DNA of 64,000 bases, from assembly GCA_032718475.1 (NCBI GenBank), contig JAUCBJ010000816.1, positions 1 to 64,000 on the forward strand. Direction: 5' to 3'. The DNA comes from Nemertoderma westbladi (Eukaryota; Animalia; Xenacoelomorpha). Shown here in pieces: positions 27,084 to 40,114 of this stretch (positions within the stretch are counted from its first letter, which is position 1; every line of letters begins with the position of its first letter). The translations under genes were made by a program, and so were the position numbers. A model generated the notes under the pieces. The model had not been told where the DNA came from. It was given only the letters and a program-made list of their open reading frames with translations, and ran no database searches.

Positions 27084-27827
27084 TTATAATTTTCTCTCAT
27101 CAGGCATTTTGTAGATCGCCGGTAGCTCTGTGTCAGGTCGACGAAAAGGATTACAATCGAGTGACTCATCCGACTCTCTTGTCTGTGAGCGACGCCGAGG
27201 AACTGGGCGACGAGGATTGGCAAAGTTGTATCCCAGTGTGGCCGGTACATACCGGTGACCACTAGGTCTACTGTCCGACTCATGCAATGTGGCCGGTACA
27301 TACCGGTGACCACTAGGTCTACTGTCTGACTCATGCAATGTGGGCGGTACATACCGGTGGCGGTGACCACTGTTACTGTCTGACTCATGTAATGTGGCCG
27401 GTACATACCGGTGACCACTAGGCCTACTATCTGACTCATGCAATGTGGCCGGTACATACCGGTGACCACTAGGTCTACTGTCTGACTCATGCAATGTGGG
27501 CGGTATATACCGGTGGCGGTGACCACTGTTACTGTCTGACTCATGTAATGTGGCCGGTACATACCGGTGACCACTAGGTCTACTGTCTGACTCATCCAAT
27601 GTGGGTGGTACATGCCGGTGGCGGTGACCACTGCTACTGTCTGACTCATCCAATGTGTCTGTCTCTGAGCGCCGCCGTGTACTATTAGCAAAGTCGTGTC
27701 CGACTTCGGGTGGTTTGTACATCCATTGTGTCGATGTTTTATCCGCGACTCCAGATGACGAGAAACGATCGCGTTCACTTGGCCTTCTTCCTTGGTCGTC
27801 GATCATTCTGTCCGAATATCCCGGCAC
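27084..27827 (-). CDS. Putative coding exon/ORF with 17/19-aa repeats (HESDSRPSGHRYVPATL), unknown protein
   Basis: 247-codon open frame. The 51- and 57-bp repeat units (~27235-27655) both preserve frame. The flanks are diverged copies of one another (PPEVGHDFAN..RRRSET vs PATLGYNFAN..RRRSQT). No ATG at the start, so probably an exon. Confidence 0.45.
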   Translation of the reverse strand: MPGYSDRMIDDQGRRPSERDRFSSSGVADKTSTQWMYKPPEVGHDFANSTRRRSETDTLDESDSSSGHRHRHVPPTLDESDSRPSGHRYVPATLHESDSNSGHRHRYIPPTLHESDSRPSGHRYVPATLHESDSRPSGHRYVPATLHESDSNSGHRHRYVPPTLHESDSRPSGHRYVPATLHESDSRPSGHRYVPATLGYNFANPRRPVPRRRSQTRESDESLDCNPFRRPDTELPAIYKMPDERKL

Positions 27828-28331
27828 TATTGCAGTTCAGTTCAGTTCAAACATTCCTCAAAAACAAAGGTTATTTTTATGGAAAAGAGTGTTTTTTTTG
27901 AGCTACTGTACTTATCCTACACAATCTCCCTGAATATAGAGTCTTACTGTATATTCAGTGATATGCTGTCCGCACCCCCACCACCCCCGCCAAAAAAAAA
28001 AATAATTATCGAAATCGTAACGAGATTGCATGCGATTTGAAATAGAGATAGTCACTCTTTACTGGGTGTCTCAGAATTTTAATTTTCCAGAATTTTTTTG
28101 CGCACCAACCCTATTATCTATTCAGTTTATTTAAGCGCATTTATAAATCTAGAAACGTTTTAATTAATTCTGTTCGCTCCAACTCGTTTAAATGTTTCTT
28201 ATATTTGAAAATTTTCGTTTCTAGTGCCTTAGGCGTAGTAGGCCACAGTTGGCCACAAATAGGCCTACTCGGTGCCTATGTCCCATTATTTTTTGGATGA
28301 ATTAAAATATATTATTACTATTTATTATGTT

Positions 28332-29598
28332 CTAGATCATAAAACTAAAAAAGCCTTCAGCTGAATAAACTAGGCCTAAATTTGTGGAAGAAATATGTTT
28401 AAGAAATGGGTGAGCTGAACTATGCCGGAGTCGTCCACAAGGAGGTTGCTTGGGTTTCTCGTAAGGACTCCTCCATGAGACCATATCACAGATAACTTTT
28501 CCGAATCGATGTTCCAATCGTCTTAGTAAAGATTCCGCACCGGGACTTCCGTTTTCTTTTCCGTACATTGTCAGCACAACTCGGATGTGATCTTGCATTA
28601 ATATATATACATATCTTCTATTGACCCTTACGCACTCTTTTCCGTTGAAACAGCCAACAACTAAATTACACATTATATGCTGAATGTATGTATCATTGAC
28701 GTCACGTCCAACAGGAAGCATATTGTTATTTATTATGTTTTCGAGAAACCTAGCTCTAATTTCTTTTATATGGTTCTGGTATTTTTGCAGTCCATGCCGC
28801 TCCATACAGGCCTCTTCTTCCAATACAATAACATCAAGTTGTGACCCCCCATATAGGTTTCTCATCCGCATACAGTGAGTTTCAACCCATTGAACTGAAG
28901 CTTTCAGCAGGTTGGGAACACCACTGGGATTTAGGTACAATGCTTTCTGATCCAACAAATCTTCTTCATTTATGACTTTTGCATCCACGACGTTTTCTAT
29001 CTGAGCGGTCGTTGTATGAGCCATATCGAAGAATTTCAAGTTAAGTAATTTAATCTGATATAAGATATGGCCCATTTCGCTCGCCTGCGCACTGTTCTTA
29101 AACCAAAATATAACATTTAAGTTACGTTGCTTCTTTTTTGATTCTTCAACAAAGACTATCCACTTATTAGTTCCCCTTCTTTGATAACTTTTTCCCTTAA
29201 AACTAAGTTTTTTATCCACTTTAGTTAGCAACACTTCCATATCGAAGTCTTTTGTGAAATTGATTGTAAAGTTTGCGTATAGTAAATCCTTGTTACTATT
29301 TATGCGTTTATCGTAATCACCTTCAGAAACCCAAACTAGAACATTTTCAATCGTAGCTGCTATTGGGTCTTTATTTATCATATGTATTTTGGTTTCACGT
29401 TGTTTTCTTGCAAGTTCTTCCCAGAGCCCAATGTTGTATGGCCTTCTTGCGATTTCAGTTGTTTCACAATCAGTCAAGATATGCCAATATGGCCGCTTTT
29501 TATGATGCAAATATTTTTCTATGTAGTCATCCAGGGATTGTATGTCCTTACTAATAGAATATTGAGTCTTTTCAGTGATACGGCCCCCACAATATTTT
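28332..29598 (-). CDS. Large exon of an unrecognised protein (exon 2 of a predicted ~467-aa product)
   Basis: The 392-aa ORF stays open upstream to an acceptor tttgcAG at 29599-29601. Length 1267 nt (1+422x3) is phase-compatible with exon 30238-30374. No family recognised. Confidence 0.6.
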
Positions 29599-29714
29599 CT
29601 GCAAACCTTAATGTGAAATTTGTTATGTTATGAATTTAGTGTGAGATTTTAAGAACGACTGCAGTGCAACCACGTAGGAGGGGGCGGGGGGGGGGGGGGG
29701 GACTTCTTTGGCTA

Positions 29715-29970
29715 GAGTTCCGTTTGTATTAACATTTTCAGTAAATGTTTTTGATGCTTTGTATTACAAATACTAATAATGATGTATATGAGTGAGTGCT
29801 TGATCTTGGCAGGCCTTGCTAGTGAAATTATTATTTTTCGACATTAAAGAAATACGATGTTTTTTTTTTCTACAGAAGAACATTACTAAAAAAAATTTAT
29901 GTTCTAGAACAATAAATATTTGTTCTAGAACATTATTTTTTAAAGAATAGCTAACATGTTCTAGAATACA
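29715..29970. mobile_element. Partial copy of the TCTAGAA-rich TIR element family
   Basis: Starts ttggctaGAGTTCCGTTTGTATTAACATTTTC like the copy at 31401 and has GTTCTAGAAC repeats. No second TIR seen. Confidence 0.5.
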
Positions 29971-30237
29971 TAAAAAAAACAGGAAAAACTACCTATCAGG
30001 CACTTTTTAACAAATTGTTAAAGCAAACGGAATCGTTGCCATTTTTTTAAACGCTTGTGGGAACTAAAGAATGAAAGTGTTAAAATCACCCAATTTATAA
30101 GTCGGGAGGTCAAACTATTACTTTGAACTTTTACGTTTCATATACCTACAATCTCATTAAGATTTGTAGAGAAATTTTTTTTTTTCGGTAAGGGGGGGTG
30201 GGGGGGGGGGGGGGGGTAGTATCATTGAATTACGAAC

Positions 30238-30374
30238 CGAGATTCCATATCCTCCTCCTCCATATTCATATAATCGCTTTCAATTAGTGCTGGATACATC
30301 GCTTCATACTCCACTTCCTCCTGGTTATCTTCCTGAAGATGATCCCTTGAGGTAGAAATGGTATTCATTGCCAT
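30238..30374 (-). CDS. Predicted first exon (MAMNTISTSRDHLQEDNQEEVEYEAMYPALIESDYMNMEEEDMES) of the unknown gene
   Basis: aaaATGG start, 137 nt, donor CG|GTTCGT. CG+A gives Arg and joins in frame to 29598. Confidence 0.5.
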
Positions 30375-31400
30375 TTTAACATTTATTTGCTCCAATACTT
30401 GCGGAAGTTTAGTATAATTAATTATCGAATGGAATATATGTACGCACTGAACATTATAAGGTTACATCATATCGCATAAGTAATTTATATGAATTAATCA
30501 ATATTGATATAAACGTACATTGTCATTCTGACTATCAATACGGTTTATCCATGGAATGCTAAATATACATATTTAAACATATTTATTATATCATTGTTTT
30601 AAAATAGCACTTTATCGTTACGGCACTTTGTTGTTTAACACCAAATAACAAAACGAGGTCGTGAAAGCTTTAATGTGCTAATTGGCTCTACAATAGCTCA
30701 TGTGACCAACTTTGATGAATCAATAAATTAGTTCCTTCCACAGCATTTTTGTGGAATTTTTTTCTTGAAAATTGTTGGCTGAATTTTGTTTGGTAGATAG
30801 TGTTTTTATAAGGTAGGCCTAGCTACAGGTAGTGTTTTTAAAATACCTAAAATATCTAAAAAAAAAGTATTAATATTTTAGCTATTATAGTGTTGTAAAA
30901 GCACCATAAAAAAATATATTGCAATTTTAATTAAATCCTCATGTATTTTTAACAACACTAGCTCCCTTATAAAAATACTAGCTACCTAAAAAGATTTACG
31001 AGCTATCAATCAATCGATTGCCAGTCAACCATCAATTTAGTAAACCAATTTTTTTTATGGATATAAAAAAAATTGAAAAAAGTCATGCGAAGACTATAGT
31101 AGTGCCTGCTAATTATATGAACAATGGTACGGTGGCTGATTGCGGCCAATTATTCCATTTTTTTTATGTTTTTCGCCCGGGTGAAAAACATTTATCACAC
31201 GGGAGAAAAACATTTTTAAAAATGTTTAACTAATGACTTTCGTTGATTGTTTTGGTTAGAATAACATGCCACTGTAACCTGATCCTTTCCCTTATTTGAT
31301 TATTAACATTAGTCGAGATATTAATTCGCCAAGAGTGAATCTGGATGAAAATGAGCTTTAATTTTAATAATAATAATAATAATTGTACTTCTATTGGCTA

Positions 31401-32151
31401 GAGTTCCGTATGTGCCAACATTGTCAGTTTGCTCTAAAATATGTTTAGTTTACTAGCTCCTATTTATTAATGTTAGTGTGAAGTATTCTACGATATTTCG
31501 AATTATTTTTTTGTTAAATAATGTTCTAGAACATATAATTTTTTGTTCTAGAACATTTTTAAATATTGTATTTTTTTGTTTTTTTAACACTTTTTCTCTT
31601 TTGTATAATTAACACTTATCTATAGTAATTGTACTCAAGTAATAATTTACAATTATAGCTAGCAATTTATATCTATAGCTATACCCTATAGTCTATAGCC
31701 TATAGTCTATAGTTATATCTATAGCTAGCCCTAGCTAACATTTAAAAAAATGTTCTCGAATGCTGGCGTTATGGTTAGTTGTTAATAATTATTTTTAAAA
31801 GAACAAATATTCTAGAATATTTTTTTCTCGAAAATTGATAATAAAAATGTTCTAGAACATTTGGTACATGTTCTAGAACATTTAATAAATGGTCTAGATC
31901 TCTTGTTAATAGAAAAAAACCAATAGCATAAACAATTTTAAAATTGAACAATTTTTTTAAATAATTTTCTTTTTAAGAGTAAGAAATTTATTTTCTCGAA
32001 AATTCATAATTAAAATGTTCTAGAACATTTTTTTAAAGTTCTAGAATACTCAATATACGTTCTAGAACATTTATCAAGAGAAAAACCTGACGAAAAAGCA
32101 TGAAAATTTGTTGAAAAAAAAACAACGAAAATGTTTGCACATACGGAACTG
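31401..32151. mobile_element. Non-autonomous DNA transposon (MITE), GTTCTAGAAC-rich
   Basis: TIRs GAGTTCCGTATGTGCCAACATT ... AATGTTTGCACATACGGAACTG. An inverted copy lies at 37451-38668. Confidence 0.8.
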
Positions 32152-32159
32152 TTCCCCTT

Positions 32160-32315
32160 ATATTTATAGCAGGCGCCTTTAGGGGTCTTACGACCTTATC
32201 AAAGCGCCTGCTTTTATTATCATTACCCCAGCAAAGCCAGGTTCCAATTATACCGCTGGGTTGGCGTAGGCCCTAATGTCTAAAGTGTCTTGCCTAGGGA
32301 CACAACAGTGCGCTT
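32160..32315 (-). mobile_element. SINE fragment (central conserved domain plus L2-like 3' tail)
   Basis: Minus strand reads TGTTGTGTCCCTAGGCAAGACACTT ... GCGCTTTGA...AAAGGCGCCTGCTATAAATA, resembling metazoan SINE core and tail motifs. Confidence 0.5.
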
Positions 32316-32332
32316 TCGATATTATTTGGCTA

Positions 32333-32988
32333 GAGTTCCGCATAGCACTACATTTTTTAAACATACAGTATATCATTGTTAACTATGGTATAACGTTGAA
32401 GAGTTCTAGAATAATAGAAAAGTACTATATACTATTCTAGAACACAAATAAAATAAAAAATATAATGTTCTAGAACGTATAGCTAGTTTTTTTTAATTTT
32501 AAAATAGCTAGTAAATTTTACAAATTTATTTTTAAATAAATTTCTCCATTTAAATTCATTGGGTATTGCTTCTTGTTGGCCTTTAATATCTCTTGGAATC
32601 CGTTTAATTTTCCTTTTCTAATTAATCTGTTGCCTCCACATCTATTCCGTTTTTTCCCCGTATACTTTCTCTTCATAGTTAATGCACTCCTCACACGAAG
32701 CTCTGGTGTCGTGTATTTTTCTTATTTTTTCTCCGTACCTCTCTTATACTGTAATTGCCTTAATTTTACATTTGGGCATTTCGCACCACAACAATTTTAT
32801 GAATTTTTTTTAATTACTAGCAATTTTAAATTTGAAAAGTAACTAGCTATATGTTCTAGAACATTATATTTTTTATTATATTTATGTTCTAGAATAGTGC
32901 ATATTATTTATATTTTATTCTAGAACTCTGCAATGTTTCCATGGTAACAATGATTTATGTTTTAAAAATGTAGTGCTATACGCAACTG
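32333..32988. mobile_element. MITE with long inverted arms, related to the 31401 family
   Basis: GAGTTCCGCATAGCACTACATTTTT ... AAAAATGTAGTGCTATACGCAACTG; the arms are complementary over roughly 200 bp. Confidence 0.75.
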
Positions 32989-33259
32989 TTACCTATTACT
33001 TATAAGGAACTAACTACATGTGTTCAGAGTTCTGACACACGTTTTTCACCCTGGTCATAAATGTTTTTCACCCGAATGATAAATGTTTTCACCAGGGTGA
33101 TAAATATTTTTCACCCGGGTGATAAATCCGGGTCATTGATCAAGAAAACTTACCACCTCCATGCAGCATAAAGGAGGTGCCACCTGTGGCTGCATAGACC
33201 CTCTTACTAAGGGCAAATCTGGTCCTGTAACTAGGATTACCGGTAGTGTTCTAGACGGT

Positions 33260-35241
33260 CACGGCCCTAAACCGATTAGGTTCTCTGTTCGCAGAACACC
33301 GAAAACTATTCCGGCCACGGAACTAGTCCAGCAGAATGCCTTTATAGAATCCTGGGATTTGGGGGACGAGAGGATCTCAGCAACTAAGCGAAAACGAACA
33401 ATAGGATGTTCCTAGACCCCCCCCCCCAAATTTATCCAGAAGACTTTTCGCCATACATAATGTGTTAAAAAAGTCTACGGTTCTCCGGCTAGGGCCAATT
33501 TGAGTCAAAAAGTCCGCTTCCCTAGCAACCACGTTGCTATGGAGATAAGTCCAGAACCGCTAATGCTACGGACTTGGGACCGGCGCCAATCGATAGGCAG
33601 CATATGGGTTTACATTCAAATGAAAAAGTTGAGAGTGATCCGATCATGATCTTGACCATGATCAGCAAAGATCAGTTTTGATCAGCAATCGGACACTCAA
33701 GGCTTGCTCCAATCGAAAAACTTAACATTACAAAAAGATTCAGCGACCCAACATTAGTCATGATTCCCGTTAAAAGATTTAAAAAAAAGTGAATTCTTCC
33801 CGGTCAAAACGCAAGATCATGATCGCGCAAAGATCGGACTTTGTAAAATCGTAACTAAGCATTTTGGATATAAACAATTACTGTAGGAAACGTTCAGAAC
33901 ACCGCCCTGAGTCGATTAAAAAAAAAATTGGCCCGATCGGACAACCGGTTCTCGAGATCTGATACCTGATCATTAAAGATGATATTTTTCGGTTTTTTCA
34001 AATTTTCTCGAAAACTTTGTTTGAGACCCCCGATTTTTTTTTTACAAATCGACTTCTATGATGAAGGGGCAACTTTTGAGCATTTCGAAATTTTCAAAAA
34101 GCGATTTGATCAGGCCGCGATCAGAAAAGATCGTGTTTTCGGTTTTATTTTGAAGACCAAGTCCTGGGAGTTCACCGTATGGAAAAACTTAACATCGCAA
34201 AAAGATTCCTCGCCCTCGAATTATGGGGGGTAGCCAAAATTTGGGCATAAAAAAGTTCAAGTCTAGTGGGTCAAAACTCAAGATCATGATCGCGAAAAGA
34301 TCAGTATATTTAAAATCGATTCTAAGCATTTTTCTAATAAACATTCATTGTAAGAAATGTGCAATGGTCTATTCTGAGTTGATTAAAAAAAAAATTTGCT
34401 CGATCGGGCAAACAGTTCTCGAGATCAGCTTCCTGATCATAAAAGATCGTGTTTTTCAGTTTTTCCCGATTTTCTCTAAAACTTTGTTTGAGACCCCCGA
34501 TTTTTTTTTTACTAATCGACTTCTATTAAGAAGGGGCAACTTTTGAGCATTTCAAAATTTTCAAAAAGCGATTTGATCAGGCCATGATCAGGAAAGATCA
34601 TGTTTTCGGTTTTATTTCGAAGACCAAGTCCTGTGAGTTCACCTTTTGAAAAAACTTAACATTACAAAAAGATTCCTCACCCTCGAATTAGGGGGGGTAG
34701 CCAAAATTTGACCATAAAAAAGTTCAATTCTAGGGGGTCAAAAGATCATGATCGCGAAATGATCAGTTTTTTCGAAATTACTTCTGAGCATTTTGGGGCA
34801 AAACTTTCAAACTAAAAAACATTCACTGGAGTGTTCTAAGTAGATTAAAAAAAATTTCGACTCAATAGGCCTACCGGTACCGGAGATATGGTCGTCCAAA
34901 GTCTGCTTCCGGTAATTCGAAAATATTTCGAAAACCCTTGATCGAATTTTTTCCTTGAAAATATGTGAATGTACAGTTAGTGGACCCGCATCTAACGATA
35001 TATCACAATCCATATTTCGGATGATAGGTACCGGTGAAATCAGACTTTACCAAAAAATTTCAAATTTTAGCTACTCATGTCTGACTATCTCGAAAACTAT
35101 AATAGGTATGGAAATACTTTCACTGCAAGAAATGTTCGCCTATCCAATGCGCTTCTAACTCTGTGCTCGGATTTTGCATAGTGTCAAAACCTACAACTTA
35201 ACCCCCCCAGCGGAGGGAACGGAGTGACCGGAGCGCCAGTA
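33260..35241. mobile_element. Non-coding composite repeat with internal ~467-bp tandem units, possibly a non-autonomous Helitron/Helentron-type element
   Basis: AAAAACTTAACAT(T/C)(A/G)CAAAAAGATTC recurs at ~33716, 34183 and 34649. GATC-rich; ends in GC-rich GCGGAGGGAACGGAGTGACCGGAGCGCCAGT. Class assignment and boundaries are inference. Confidence 0.45.
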
Positions 35242-35899
35242 CTATCTTTCATTATTATATAGTAATAAGGGTGGTGGGTGGGGTAGGTGGTGAATACTAT
35301 TTATAGGGTGGAGGGAGGGTCTAGTATATTACTTTAGGATATATGATTTCTTTGCAATATAGTTTAGCTGCCTCAGTCTTATTTGTAATATGTTATACAT
35401 TATACCAAATTATATCAAGTTTTAACATACTACATTGTCTACCTGTAGGAGAAATATACAATGTAGGGCTCATAATATATTTATAAATAGATTTAGTATA
35501 TTTACATTGTATAACAGAGTTAATTGATACTATTACGGTATTATACTAAAGACGCCGCTTTGATATATCTGATCAAATGGCAATTTCTTGTATATTATCT
35601 ATTTCACTATCTTGGGTATATCATTCAATTTCTAAAACTATAATAATAAACATTTACTTCACTTCTTGTTTACTCGCATGGATATATTGATATAAAACAC
35701 TTCAGTATAATATCTTATAGGGCCAAACGCAGATTAATCGGAATAATATGTTTAATTATTGTTACAATTGGCACATTGAAGTAAGTAGTACATGAGTTTG
35801 ATAAAATAATTATGAATCTGTATCTTATTCTACTTTGTCTATATGATTACGTTATATAATAATGTTACTTTATCACTTTGGTTTAAACCGATCTCCTTT

Positions 35900-35963
35900 A
35901 CTATTACTTACTACTTATACTACTACTACTACTACTATTATTACTACTGCTACTGACTACTAC
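35900..35963. repeat. Imperfect (TAC)n microsatellite
   Basis: CTATTACTTACTACTTATACTACTACTACTACTACT... Confidence 0.8.
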
Positions 35964-37450
35964 AGAGTTATATATTATAAGAGGATGGGGTTCGTGATTA
36001 TTAGTTATTATACAAGTGCCCCTCGGCTATAGAGAGTCCACCCTCGGTTGCTTACTGGATTATACCATCTCCCACAATACTATGGCATTGGTAGCTATTA
36101 AATTTTTATTTTGTGGTACCTAGTAATTTTTTTTGTTAGCTATAAAAATGAAAAAAAAATTATTTTATATAAATTATTCTTTGAAAATGTATATATCAAT
36201 AAATTAACTAAAGTTACATAAATTAAATCAAACACAAGTTGGTCAAATAATAATTTATTTATTATTGTAATGCTGGTTTATTAGATAGAGTAAGTCCTTG
36301 ATTGGCGTTTCTTTATGAAGATTTCTCCATCTGAACTCTGCAAGATGGTTAGCAGCGTTAGATAGTTATAGATAGTTAGTTAGCGAGGTAGCGAGCAGTT
36401 CCTTCTACGCATAACCGATTGTTTTACGTGTGCCCAGATGCACAAAAAAACGCAAAAAGCGTCATAATGAACGACATTTTCACAAAAAAAAGTTGGTCAA
36501 ATTTTATCAATTATGACTTTTTCACTAGCTAATATAAAGTACTAGCTAACACAAAATCAAAATTACTAGCTACCATCTTACTATCAGAGGGTCAAATATT
36601 TGTTCTAGAACAAGAAACCTCATGATATAAACCGATAATCACTGATATAATTAATAATTTTTTTTTGAATTTGGGCATATTTACTATACTAATGCCCATT
36701 TTAAATACATACTGTACTATCATTATAGCTAGTAAAAAATTAACTAGCTCCATAAAAACACTAGCTACCATATTGTTAAAAAAAGTAAAATCGTTTTATT
36801 TTCAAAAAAATACTAGCTAGTAAAAAAACACGGCATTTGTGTACTATGGTATGTATCAGCTAGTATTGAAAATTTTCAAATGACATTTATATTATATTTT
36901 CTGGTCTCATCTTTTGATTTTTGTTAATAGCTATTATGTTTATTGTCTACTTAATAATTTATTAGCTAGTGTACTAATTTACTACAGTAATTAGCTACAG
37001 TAGGGTAGGCACTATTCAATAAATTATTAGCTAGTCACATTGCGTTTATTCATTAGTTTGGTAGATATTTATTTAGTTGGTTTGATTTTCTATTTGGTTT
37101 CTTTGATGACCTTTACAGTTCCATGTCAAAGAAGATACTTTAATTTTAATCTTAGTAAGATTATTTAATAATAGTCCAGAGCCGGCTGATGAGTCCAGAA
37201 AATGTTATATTAAAATTTTCAATTTTTGCTTATACATACCATTGTAAAGCCCGGAACTATTACAGTTAAAAGATTATCGCGCTTGCTGTTACTTTCATTG
37301 CATTTTCCAAAATCAATTCCACTTAAAATTATTTTATTATTACAGGAGGCCTATAATGTACATTTAGGCATTTTGTATAGCCTGGATTCAAAACTTTTGA
37401 TGTTTTGTATATGTTTTTCGTATAATATTCTCTTGTATTTTTTTCGGGAA

Positions 37451-38668
37451 CAGTTCCGTATGTGCCAACATTTTCGTTGTTTTTTTTCAACAAATTGTCA
37501 TGCTCTTTTGTCAGGTTTTTCTCTTGATAAATGTTCTAGAACGTATATTGAGTGTTCTAGAACTTAAAAAAAAATGTTCCAGAACATTTTAATTATGAAT
37601 TTTGAGAAAATAAATTACTTACTCTTAAAAAGAAAATTATTAATAAAGTTGTTCGATTTTAAAATTGTTTATGCTATTTTGCCTGCTTTTTTTTTCTATT
37701 GGCAAGAGATATAGAACATTTATTAAATGTTCTAGAACATGTACCAAATGTTCTAGAACATTTTTATTATCAATTTTTAGAGAAAAAAAAAATATTCTAG
37801 AATATTTGTTCTTTAAAAAAAAATTATTAAAATGATTGTTTAATTTAAAAAAATTGGAATACAGAACAACTAACCATAACGATAGCATTCCAGAACATTT
37901 TTTAAAATGTTAGCTAGGGCTAGCTATAGATATAACTATAGACTATAGGCTATATACTATAGGCTATAGCTATAGATATAAATTACTAGCTATAATTGTA
38001 AATTATTACTTGAGAGGTACATAAAATTACTAGATATATAGGTTAATTGAAAATTATTAATAAAGTTATTCGATTTTAAAATTGTTTATGCTATTTTGCC
38101 TGCTTTTTTTCTATTGGCAAGAGATATAGAACATTTATTAAATGTTCTAGAACATGTACCAAATGTTCTAGAACATTTTTATTATCAATTTTTAGAGAAA
38201 AAAAAATATTCTAGAATATTTGTTCTTTAAAAAAAAATTATTAAAATGATTGTTTAATTTAAAAAAATTGGAATACAGAACAACTAACCATAACGATAAC
38301 ATTCCAGAACATTTTTTAAAATGTTAGCTAGGGCTAGCTATAGATATAACTATAGACTATAGGCTATATACTATAGGCTATAGCTATAGATATAAATTAC
38401 TAGCTATAATTGTAAATTATTACTTGAGAGGTACATAAAATTACTAGATATATAGGTTAATTATACAAAAAAGTGTTAAAAAAACAAAAAAAATAAAATT
38501 TTTTAAAAATGTTCTAGAACAAAAAATTATATGTTCTAGAACATTATTTAACAAAAAAATAATTCGAAATATCCTAGAATACTTCACACTAACATTAATT
38601 AAAAAGTAGTATCTAGTAAACTAAACACATTTTAGAGCAAACAGAAAATGTTGGCACATACGGAACTG
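37451..38668. mobile_element. MITE (inverted copy of 31401-32151) with an internal ~417-bp tandem duplication
   Basis: TIRs CAGTTCCGTATGTGCCAACATTTTC ... GAAAATGTTGGCACATACGGAACTG. 37632-38048 is nearly identical to 38049-38462. Confidence 0.85.
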
Positions 38669-39569
38669 TAGTCTTTTTTTCTATTTAAAATCATTAAAAC
38701 ATTCTAAATCATTAGAATGTCTATCAAAAACGTGGGGATTATTTCTACTCATATTTAAGGCCACGTTCACACTACCGAGTCAAAGTCAAAGACAAAGGGA
38801 AATAAGTATAGCTAGCAATAATAAATAATAATACATTATATAATATAGTACGTACATAAGGGCATTCTAGAAAAAATTAAATTTCATGTGATCGTCCTCT
38901 TCAGTCCGTACCACGCGCTGCACATAGTCCCACACCAACTGCAGGCATTTATTTATCCATTGCATTGTGGGCTGTCTGGGGGTAAGTTTTCGCAACCTCA
39001 GAGCGGGATATTAAATGTAAGTCTCCCTTCGCCATAAGATTTTATGTTTGAAAAATTTGAATAGAATTTAAAATCTAATAAATTTTCGATTCTGCGCGGA
39101 AGTATAGAAAAATCACTCCATCCATATCTTTCTCGCTTCATACAGTATATTAATATTGCACCTATTCCGTAAACTACAATACTACAGCTGTTTGTCACTG
39201 CTCATAATTAATTATTAGGAAATCACGCAATATTTGATGGTGTGATTGATGTGATTATTGGCTCTTACAGTTAACATAGGTTACAATATTATGCAGGTCT
39301 TTATTATTTGGGTCTTGGGTCTTTGTTTTGTAGTCACCCTATGCGGGGGCCTATTCGTTGTACCTCACGTCACCAGTCTAACACAGTTCTGAGTCGACCT
39401 GCCGCAGACGTATCATCGGCCAACCAACACTGTCTCCCTCCAGCTCCGACTGATCCACCACCCTTGGGAGAGTCCTGTGGGTTATTACCCCCTGCCCTCT
39501 CTAATGAAAAGGAACAACTTCATGAAATTAGTGGAAAGACATAATTATTTTTTAAATAGATTTTTAGGT

Positions 39570-39825
39570 TCCACCTTGGTGTAGTGGTTGCATTGAATTC
39601 ACATCTCCCGTAGGTCGTGGGTTCGATCCTCACATGGGTCAGGGCAGTTTTCGTTTCGACACGAATGCTTTAAAGGGACCAGTCAGGGCGCATCTCTGCC
39701 TTGCATCCTTAAGTGGTAGCTAAATGAGTACTCGAGTTTCCACTGGGGAGGACCACGCTGGAAATAAGTTGTCAGACTTTGTGCGTAATCCCTGGCCATG
39801 TGGCCAAAGAAAATTTACTTTTATA
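39570..39825 (+). mobile_element. tRNA-derived SINE
   Basis: Pol III A box TGGTGTAGTGG (39577) and B box GGTTCGATCC (39620), then a non-tRNA body (…TAAATGAGTAC…GGACCACGCTGGAAATAAG) and an AT-rich tail. No tRNA acceptor stem. Confidence 0.7.
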
Positions 39826-40114
39826 GATTAGGCGTATTGTTAGAAACAATAAGAATAGAAGAAACAAGAATAATATTTGTTTATTTCGTCGATAGACTTT
39901 GTGCCAAATACTTCTACTAAACGACTTGGTTTTGGAAATTTGAGGGATCTATTTATTACATTTGATATATCACTTTCTACTTGTTTACAATTTTTGGTGT
40001 ATTGTTTGTGAGATGGCTTGAAAATAAAATAATTATTATTGTTGTTGTTGCTGTTGAGACAGGGAGGGGGGGGGGGGGGGGGGGGGGTGGTGGGGGCTCA
40101 AGCCAATTCCATCT

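Noticed and set aside
27080-27778. Alternative frame (MSQTVDLVVTGMYRPHC repeats)
   Set aside because: Probably a shadow frame of the same repeat. The other frame shows flank similarity, though this one cannot be fully excluded.
30690-37060. AGCTAG-rich patches at ~30.7-31.0 kb and ~36.5-37.0 kb with loose inverted similarity
   Set aside because: Too degenerate to define boundaries; likely old repeat debris.
39570-39650. tRNA gene
   Set aside because: A and B boxes are present but there is no cloverleaf or acceptor stem, and the sequence continues into a SINE body.
29678-40096. Poly-G runs at ~29680, 30192 and 40065
   Set aside because: Simple homopolymers with unreliable length and no supporting context.
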